Positions 7,301 to 12,864 of a stretch of 12,864 nt of DNA are shown here, piece after piece. The DNA lies in assembly GCA_043732185.1 (NCBI GenBank), contig JAYTHY010000055.1, positions 1-12,864 of the forward strand. Reading direction: 5' to 3'. The notes beneath the pieces were generated by a model. It did no database searches and was not told the DNA's origin. It saw only the letters and a list, made by a program, of their open reading frames with translations. Each line of letters begins with the position of its first letter. The first letter of the stretch is position 1. The DNA is from Fibrobacteria bacterium. Lineage in GTDB: Bacteria; Fibrobacterota; Fibrobacteria; UBA11236. A program made the position numbers and the translations under genes.

Positions 7301-8910
7301 CGGTGCGTTTCACGGCCTCGGCAGTGGCTCCCGATAGCATCGCCAAGGCGGAGATATCGATTGGGGGAGGAGATTGGATGTCGACGACGACAGATTCGAC
7401 TTATGCCCTGGATACGCGATTGTTCAAGGATGGAGATCTTCTCGTTCAAATCCGGGTAGTCGATGGAAGTAGCAAGGCGGATACAACCCTGGCACGGGAA
7501 ATCGTGGTGGACAACGCGGCACCGAAGGTCAGTTATCCAACTGTGACCTACGGCGAATGGGTTCAGGGGCGGTCCGGGGCAAGATTATTGGTCACGGCTC
7601 AGGCGCTGGATTTCGGTTCGGGAATGAATCGCGATTCGGCAATGGTTCTTTCTTCAAAAGTGTTGACCCTGGATTCGGCGGTTCTGATGCGCGATGATGG
7701 TCTGGCTGCGGATGAAGTAGCCGGAGATAATGTATTCAGCGCCTACCTTTCCCTGATGGCGGATACAGCCGGACCCATTCCCTTTGTATTAAGAGGGCGT
7801 GATGTCCTGGGAAATGACACGATAGTAGTGGGTGGCGTAGTACTCGACAGAACCGCTCCCAGGGTTTACCTGAATGCAAAACCCTTGCCTCAAGGTGCCG
7901 ATAGTTTGAATGGTACCGTTTATGTACCGCGAATCATACTTAAAGGCAATTTTTCAGATGACCAAGGTTCTGGACTCTCGGCCGTGACGTTGGTTTCCCT
8001 AAATGGCAACGGACAACATATTATGAACAGTCCGGTAACGCTTCCAGTTTCACATCCAAGCTTCAGCCGTTTGCTTTCCCTGGTTCCCGGTCTGAATACA
8101 CTGATGTTGATCGTCGTCGATAAGGCTGGAAACGTGGACACTGCACGAGCCGCCATCACCTATGTAGTTCCAAAGACTACCCAGGTGGTTGGAAGCGATG
8201 GGGGACTAGTCGTCAGTCCCAACGGAAGCAGTATCCGGATTCCCGCCGGCGCGTTGAATTTGGCTAAAGAAATCTCCATCCGGCCCGTCGACCCATCCAT
8301 GGAGGTGAAACCGCTGGATGCAACTTTAAAACTGCTAGGGATCCCACAAGAATTTGGCCCCGACCATACCGTATTTCGCTTACCCGCCATCCTGACTATC
8401 ACCTATTCGGAAGCGGATTTGGATCCCAACCAAGATGGCACCGCCGATATTCAGCCTGAAGATCTGAATATTGTATTCTGGGATGGACGAACGTGGGTAA
8501 GGGCAGGTCAAGCGGAACTTGACAAGGCAAACCATACCCTGACGGTTGCAGTAAACCATTTTACCATGTTCGATTTGGCCGAAGACAAGTCGGTGGTTCC
8601 TACCAAAGTCGTGGCCTTTTGGAATTCAAATCCCATACGCCAAAGCCAAGGTGGCGTCTTCCGGTTTAAACTTCCGGAACCGGGATTTGTTTCATTGCAC
8701 ATCTTGGACATGAGCGGCGACTTGGTCAATACCTTGATTCCAGAGCGTACCACTCGTGGAAATGGGGAATGGAGCTGGATTTGGAACGGCGAAAATGTGT
8801 CCGGACGATTTGCCGGGGCCGGATTATACCTATACGTTTTCCGGTTTGAACCGGCCAGCGGAAACGCCCAAACTTTGATCCGGAAACCCCTGGGTCTGGT
8901 CAAGAAATAA
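4381..8910 (+). CDS. Large secreted surface protein: two CBM9/DOMON-like domains, about six tandem bacterial Ig repeats, choice-of-anchor-X-like domain, Ig, ZU5-like domain, FlgD-Ig/T9SS-type C-terminal domain
   Basis: 1509 aa; signal peptide ends QLFA|H32. Head repeats PVINGTI..DEWKDA..FEFAIPL and PTVDGSITEDAWRGS..YEMRIPY. Ig repeats PT(I/V)..SP..G..G..L.EGAHT..V. LMRDDGLAADEVAGDNVFSA; GGLV..IPAGAL..FGP..NHFT; tail VSLHILDMSGDLVNTL..WNGEN.SGRFAGAGLYLY. Confidence 0.85.
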   Translation: MFTASRKDQKPRFPNAILLLFLLTNSTQLFAHINGGTGNALQLYSYRLSSPANKPVINGTILSKTVGSTIGTESPDEWKDAYTRAITLNDNTTATIFLVNDDDSLYVALLRPDNNNGDGIGTFLYFDQGIGGAGSHDGLLTGNASTVRNEAGYGIIRQAGSFINQDLSWTGTAWSADADGATDFNGAASILGSATKVEAFEFAIPLHNSKGFSSGNADLQVTSLQQELGLYIRVSRGGADCDSCYWNQTNGNSGEAQTGVGWADVQLNVSRNFTTFYSTFAKNGNPTVDGSITEDAWRGSYRRDIYLTNFNGKVLPTTVYCVQSHIDKTIFLGLKVRDTLSNASDSLQVYYEEKSGDNTTARDYLLETGAEDAVSAKGATARDLQWNGTAWVADVEAADTHQASGTFAASMHQYEMRIPYQGGAQDIGVTDNGLPGFLIRYHDADQPVGSQDFYWEYTVNSDAVRVNQQATPAIFVTSGWANFQLGAPYTQLVFPLDSAAVEGAVNLRLYAEDEDGVTGVDSVKYFRASDTTSKTKLTKIANTGEWSGAWNVGNLTNGLDTLIFRTFDNDGVFVDRLVVLTIANGNSPAAPPTIAFVSPLAGTTLSGLQTFQFTANGGGGVIRKTYVIIDGADTLATTTASTHVLNTVPLVEGAHTLQFLAYNTNGAKAQTQFLTFQVANSPTVSWLSPAGGTVAGGRLILDYDATPLGQATIVSDSLWLDGQGYAVLNLPDGPGTLDIFTLAEGAHTFQVKTTDNAGKTGFSKEVTLLVRNGPWVTLTSPLGNANVSGKVALAYHDSTLVLATVAADSLLLNGKGYQSLSLSGVDTLNSSVLLDGEYTLQVKTTDSHGHVGYSSLITVLVRNNPLARIDSLLADSTVSGTLVIRFAVSAVAPATVAQRLVSIDGAGFRVTSGTSTDTLDTRKLSEGAHTAEVKMVDSQGKEAYSRLVKFNVRNAPNVSIQSPAVDVFVRGIVTVRFTASAVAPDSIAKAEISIGGGDWMSTTTDSTYALDTRLFKDGDLLVQIRVVDGSSKADTTLAREIVVDNAAPKVSYPTVTYGEWVQGRSGARLLVTAQALDFGSGMNRDSAMVLSSKVLTLDSAVLMRDDGLAADEVAGDNVFSAYLSLMADTAGPIPFVLRGRDVLGNDTIVVGGVVLDRTAPRVYLNAKPLPQGADSLNGTVYVPRIILKGNFSDDQGSGLSAVTLVSLNGNGQHIMNSPVTLPVSHPSFSRLLSLVPGLNTLMLIVVDKAGNVDTARAAITYVVPKTTQVVGSDGGLVVSPNGSSIRIPAGALNLAKEISIRPVDPSMEVKPLDATLKLLGIPQEFGPDHTVFRLPAILTITYSEADLDPNQDGTADIQPEDLNIVFWDGRTWVRAGQAELDKANHTLTVAVNHFTMFDLAEDKSVVPTKVVAFWNSNPIRQSQGGVFRFKLPEPGFVSLHILDMSGDLVNTLIPERTTRGNGEWSWIWNGENVSGRFAGAGLYLYVFRFEPASGNAQTLIRKPLGLVKK
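6417..7439 (+). repeat. Copy 1 of ~1.02-kb direct repeat (Ig repeats 3-6 of the first surface protein)
   Basis: Aligns without gaps to 9587-10609 at a constant offset of 3170; about 92 mismatches over 1020 nt by manual count (~91%). Confidence 0.95.
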
Positions 8911-8912
8911 TG

Positions 8913-8918
8913 AGGAGG
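8913..8918 (+). promoter_or_regulatory. Shine-Dalgarno AGGAGG for the second surface protein
   Basis: Perfect AGGAGG 6 nt upstream of ATG 8925. Confidence 0.75.
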
Positions 8919-8924
8919 TCAGCC

Positions 8925-11900
8925 ATGCATCTGAATCTTTCCAGAGCGGTTTACGCTGCCTGCCTGGTATGCCTCCTGGCGATAATACCGGGTCAGGCTA
9001 CTCCGACCATACAGGTTATATATCCCCGTAGTGGGGCAGAAATCGAAGGGTCCGTTAACTTGCGGGTCTTTGCGTATGAAGGCTTGATTCAAACCCAGAC
9101 CTCCCAAATTGATACGGTAAAGTTTTTCCGCAAAGCGGATTCCGCAGTGAAAATATCTCTTATCCGCATTGCCTCTTCGGGGGAATGGTCCGGAGTTTGG
9201 AATGCCGCAGGTCTAACCTCTGGGCTTGATACCTTAGTATTTCGCGCTATCAATAGTGGGGCTGCGACCCGGACCGATAGTAGCATAGTCGTCACCATTG
9301 TCAGCAATGGTACTGTCGCACTTCCAACCGTTGAAATCACCTCGCCCACGGCTGGTGGTATCATTTCCGGCTTACAAACCATTGCCTTCACAGCCACCGC
9401 CGGAGCCGGCACGATAGCCAATCGGGAAATATCCGTGGATGGCGGTGCATACTTAGTTACTTCAGCCGCTTCCAGCCACGCACTAAATACCGTGCCATTG
9501 ACTGAAGGCAGCCATACGGTGCGGATTCGCATTACAAATACGAACGGCGCGGCCATGGAATCCCGAATCGTCAGCTATTTCGTAGTCAACAGTCCCACGG
9601 TATCTTGGCTGAGTCCGGCCGGCGGTATCGTGGCGGGCGGACGCCTCATCTTCAACTATGACGCAACTCCCATGGGCCAAGCTACGATTGTATCCGATTC
9701 TCTTTGGCTCGACGGCCAAGGCTATGCCGTTCTCAATCTTCCCGATGGGCCCGACACCTTGGATATATTCTCGCTGGCAGAGGGCGCCCACACCTTCCAG
9801 GTCAAGACTACGGACAATGCCGGCAAGACAGGGTTCTCGAAGGAAGTGACGCTTCTGGTGCGCAACGGTCCTTGGGTCACGATCACTTCACCCCTAGGTA
9901 ACGCCAAGGTGTCCGGGAAAGTGGCGCTGGCCTACCATGATAGCACCGTGGTTTTGGCAACCGTGGCTTCCGATTCCCTGTTGGTGAATGGCAAAGGCTA
10001 TCAAGGGCTATCACTAAGCGGTGTGGATACCCTGAACAGTTCCGTTTTTCTAGACGGGGAGTATACTTTGCAGGTCAAGTCCACGGACAGCCATGGCCAT
10101 GTGGGTTATTCGTCCCTGATCACGGTGCTGATACGCAATAACCCTTCAGCCAGTATCGACAGCCTGCTTGCGGACTCAACGGTGTCGGGAACTCTAGTCC
10201 TTCGCTTCTCGGTATCAGCCGTGGCCCCGGCGACAGTGGCCCAGCGTCTCGTGTCCATCGATGGGGCAGGATTTCGTGTTACCTCCGGCACTTCGACTGA
10301 TTCCTTGGACACGCGCAAGCTGAGCGAAGGGGCGCATACGGCGGAAGTGAAAGCCATAGATAGCCAAGGCAAGGAAGCGTATTCGCGCCTGGTGAAATTC
10401 AACATCCGCAATGCGCCCAATGTAAGCATTCAGTCACCGGCAGTCGACGTGTTTGTGCGGGGAATTGTAACGGTGCGCTTCACGGCCTCGGCAGTATCTC
10501 CCGACACCATTGCTCGAACAGAGATATCGATTGGGGGAGGAGATTGGATGTCGACGACGACTGATTCGACCTATACCCTGGATACGCGATTGTTTAAGGA
10601 TGGAGATCTGCGCATTCAAGTACGAGCGATTGATGGCAATGGAAAAGCCGCCCAGACCCTAGCCCGTGAATTTGTAATCGACAATACCGCTCCGAAAATT
10701 AGCTATCCAGGTGTTGTCTATCCAGACAATGCGCCTTCGGCCCGAAAAGGGACCCAAATTTTTGTAACCGCCCAAGGTTTGGATTTGGGTTCCGGCATGG
10801 CGAAGGATTCGGCCATGGTCCTAGTTTTCCCGGACTTCTCAAGCGGGCCCATGATCATGCTCGACAATGGCCAGGGCGGCGACAAGGTCGCGGGAGATAA
10901 TGTCTACACAAAATCCCTGGATATTGATGTGGACAAAAGCGGAAAGGTCAATTTCACCGTAACCGGTAGCGACGCCTTGGGGAATAGCCACGTGGTTACC
11001 GCAACCTTGACCTTGGACAATATTTCTCCGGTACTCAGTTTTATCCTCGAACCGGCTCCCGGCAATATCGTCGGTTCGGTCTCCGGTGTAGTTTACGTTT
11101 CCCGTATTTTAATGCAAGGCGCATTCGCCGATTCGGGAGGGGCCGGTATGAAAAGCCTCAGCCTAGTTGTGAGAAATGACAGCGGCGACCATGTGAACAA
11201 CAGTCCGGAGGTTATCCCCTTATTGGATGGCATGTTCCGGCGTGTGGTAGAATTGGTTCCTGGTCCTAATCGATTGTACTTGATCGGCATGGACCAAGCC
11301 GGGAATCTGGACACAGTTTCCGGGCTGGTTACTTACGTGGTACCTAAAGAAACCCAGGTAGTCACCGGATCAGGTGGTGCGGTTATAGCTCCGGATGGAA
11401 GCGGTGTTTCGGTGCCAGTGGGAGTGCTCGACCGGGCACGGGAAATAACCGTTACGGTAGTTGACAAATCCTTGGAGCCAAAACCATTGGATGACAATGT
11501 GCGACTGATGGGAGTTCCCCATGAATTTGGACCTGATGGACTGACTTTTTCATCCCCCGTGACTCTCACCTTGCCCTACACGTCGGCGGATATGGATCCC
11601 AACCAAGACGGCACGCCCGATTTCGACGAAAGCAAACTCACCATCGTATTCTGGAACGGCGCTTCATGGATTAAGGCCGGCGATGCCAAAATCGATATGC
11701 TGCATAAGACGGTGAGCGTAGCCGTGAACCATTTCACATTGTTCGACATAGCCGAGGATGTTTCACCACAGGCCTCGAAGGTTGTAGCGTTCTGGGTACG
11801 CAATCCCGTACCCGGGAGTTCAGATTTCATTTTTAAAGTCCCGTCTACGGGCCAGATTTCCCTTTACCTGTTGGATATGGGCGGTGACATTGTAAAAACG

Positions 11901-12074
11901 CTGATACAACCTGGAACAAGTGTTTCTGCAACCGGTAGTGTGCGTTGGGACGGCAGCAATGTGCGTGGGCGCTTCGCCGGCGCAGGGTTGTACGTATATG
12001 TTTTTAAATACAAATCAGACGATGGGAAAGTGGAGAAATTGATCCGCAAGCCCGTTGGCCTGGTAGGAAAGTAA
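8925..12074 (+). CDS. Paralogous secreted surface protein lacking the CBM9/DOMON-like head: Ig repeats, choice-of-anchor-X-like, ZU5-like, FlgD-Ig/T9SS-type C-terminal domain
   Basis: ORF 8910..12074. ATG 8925 is preferred because of the AGGAGG (1049 aa); ATG 8910 overlaps the upstream TAA. Signal ends PGQA|TPT. Collinear with residues ~487-1509 of the upstream protein (MLDNGQGGDKVAGDNVYT, DPNQDGT, AVNHFTLFD, GRFAGAGLYVYVF, LIRKPVGLVGK). Confidence 0.85.
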   Translation: MHLNLSRAVYAACLVCLLAIIPGQATPTIQVIYPRSGAEIEGSVNLRVFAYEGLIQTQTSQIDTVKFFRKADSAVKISLIRIASSGEWSGVWNAAGLTSGLDTLVFRAINSGAATRTDSSIVVTIVSNGTVALPTVEITSPTAGGIISGLQTIAFTATAGAGTIANREISVDGGAYLVTSAASSHALNTVPLTEGSHTVRIRITNTNGAAMESRIVSYFVVNSPTVSWLSPAGGIVAGGRLIFNYDATPMGQATIVSDSLWLDGQGYAVLNLPDGPDTLDIFSLAEGAHTFQVKTTDNAGKTGFSKEVTLLVRNGPWVTITSPLGNAKVSGKVALAYHDSTVVLATVASDSLLVNGKGYQGLSLSGVDTLNSSVFLDGEYTLQVKSTDSHGHVGYSSLITVLIRNNPSASIDSLLADSTVSGTLVLRFSVSAVAPATVAQRLVSIDGAGFRVTSGTSTDSLDTRKLSEGAHTAEVKAIDSQGKEAYSRLVKFNIRNAPNVSIQSPAVDVFVRGIVTVRFTASAVSPDTIARTEISIGGGDWMSTTTDSTYTLDTRLFKDGDLRIQVRAIDGNGKAAQTLAREFVIDNTAPKISYPGVVYPDNAPSARKGTQIFVTAQGLDLGSGMAKDSAMVLVFPDFSSGPMIMLDNGQGGDKVAGDNVYTKSLDIDVDKSGKVNFTVTGSDALGNSHVVTATLTLDNISPVLSFILEPAPGNIVGSVSGVVYVSRILMQGAFADSGGAGMKSLSLVVRNDSGDHVNNSPEVIPLLDGMFRRVVELVPGPNRLYLIGMDQAGNLDTVSGLVTYVVPKETQVVTGSGGAVIAPDGSGVSVPVGVLDRAREITVTVVDKSLEPKPLDDNVRLMGVPHEFGPDGLTFSSPVTLTLPYTSADMDPNQDGTPDFDESKLTIVFWNGASWIKAGDAKIDMLHKTVSVAVNHFTLFDIAEDVSPQASKVVAFWVRNPVPGSSDFIFKVPSTGQISLYLLDMGGDIVKTLIQPGTSVSATGSVRWDGSNVRGRFAGAGLYVYVFKYKSDDGKVEKLIRKPVGLVGK
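9587..10609 (+). repeat. Copy 2 of ~1.02-kb direct repeat
   Basis: Ungapped match to 6417-7439, in the same codon phase relative to its gene. Confidence 0.95.
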
Positions 12075-12087
12075 GGAGGGTCACTCT

Positions 12088-12864
12088 ATGTATAAGATCC
12101 GTACCAAAAATATTTCTGTGGTCGCCATGGCATTTTCTGCCACGGTTATATTGGGAAAACCTTTGGATCTCCAGATGGGTTCGCGCGGCTTTGGAATGGG
12201 AGGGGCCTTCGTCGCCATTTCCGACGATGCCAGCGCCACCTATTGGAATCCAGCCGGATTGTCCCAGCTATCCTCCCTGACGTTGTCGGAGACGAACTGG
12301 ATCCTAAAGGATGTTTCCAATGTAAACGTCAATTATTTGACCGGAGCGATTCCAATTTCCAAGGTGGGTACGGTATCTGGTGGTTGGTTGATGCAATATG
12401 CCAATTTGGAACAGGGCGAACCGGGAACGGCTCTGCATTCCGAAAGCAGTTGGTATGAACACGCTTTTTCCTTAGCTGCCGGTCGTGAATTGTGGAAGAA
12501 ACTTTGGATATTCGAAAACACCAGTCTCGGCTTCAGCCTGGATAGATACGTTCTCAACAGTGGAGAACTAAATGGGGCAGGAACCGGATTTGATCTAGGC
12601 TTTCTAACCCGCTTTCCATATGGAATGCGCATGGGTCTCACGATGCGATCCTTAGGCGCGGACATGATGGGCGAAAAAATCGATCCCGAGTACCGAATGG
12701 GGTTTGGATATGTGTGGCTGGCCCGAGATCAGCAACGGATAACCGTGGCAATGGATGTGGCAACTAAGGAAAACATTGAATACAGCAATTCCAGTGATGG
12801 AGTCAGCCGAAACTATCGCGGGTTTGTGGGAGTGGAATATGCCTTCCATCAGCAGGACTGGACG
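12088..12864 (+). CDS. PorV/PorQ-like (FadL-superfamily, UPF0164-type) outer-membrane beta-barrel, 3'-truncated by window edge
   Basis: Absent from the ORF track because there is no stop in the window. AAGGAGG at 12073-12079, ATG 12088, open for 259 codons: MYKIRTKNISVVAMAFSATVILGKPLDLQMGSRGFGMGGAFVAISDDASATYWNPAGLSQL..., the G.R..GMGGA..A..DD.SA.YWNPAGL signature, followed by barrel strands (GTGFDLGFL, YRMGFGY, FVGVEY). Confidence 0.85.
   Translation, partial: MYKIRTKNISVVAMAFSATVILGKPLDLQMGSRGFGMGGAFVAISDDASATYWNPAGLSQLSSLTLSETNWILKDVSNVNVNYLTGAIPISKVGTVSGGWLMQYANLEQGEPGTALHSESSWYEHAFSLAAGRELWKKLWIFENTSLGFSLDRYVLNSGELNGAGTGFDLGFLTRFPYGMRMGLTMRSLGADMMGEKIDPEYRMGFGYVWLARDQQRITVAMDVATKENIEYSNSSDGVSRNYRGFVGVEYAFHQQDWT

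Noticed and set aside
6417..10609. The 1-kb repeat as a mobile element or a DGR template/variable repeat pair
   Set aside because: No terminal inverted repeats, transposase or reverse transcriptase; both copies are in-frame coding, and mismatches are not adenine-specific.
4916..12849. Numerous short antisense and alternative-frame ORFs within the plus-strand genes, including duplicated ones (6482/9658, 6552/9722, 6936/10106)
   Set aside because: Shadow ORFs of long coding frames; their duplication simply reflects the 1-kb repeat.

Overview
Accessory cell-envelope locus, probably from an FCB-group diderm (Fibrobacterota-like is an inference from the C-terminal sorting tails and the PorV-like gene). 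Two arms diverge from a 252-bp intergenic region (4129-4380). The minus arm is a tightly packed five-gene operon: a secreted protein with a predicted mature N-terminal His (histidine-brace-like), a small outer-membrane beta-barrel, a three-CxxCH c-type cytochrome lipoprotein, a DUF5777-like beta-barrel and a His-rich four-helix cytochrome-b-like membrane protein. The ORF track splits the cytochrome in two, but it is one reading frame broken by a single in-frame TAA at 2281-2283. The operon looks like an uncharacterised envelope-spanning redox/copper system. The plus arm encodes two large paralogous surface proteins (Ig repeats, choice-of-anchor-X-like Ca motif, ZU5-like domain, FlgD/T9SS-type tail). 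Only the first has a tandem CBM9/DOMON-like head. The two share a ~1.02-kb ungapped DNA repeat, ~91% identical by manual count, and are followed by a PorV/PorQ-like barrel that the ORF track missed and that runs off the window. No RNA genes, mobile elements or CRISPR arrays were seen. Family names come from motif recognition, not database searches.
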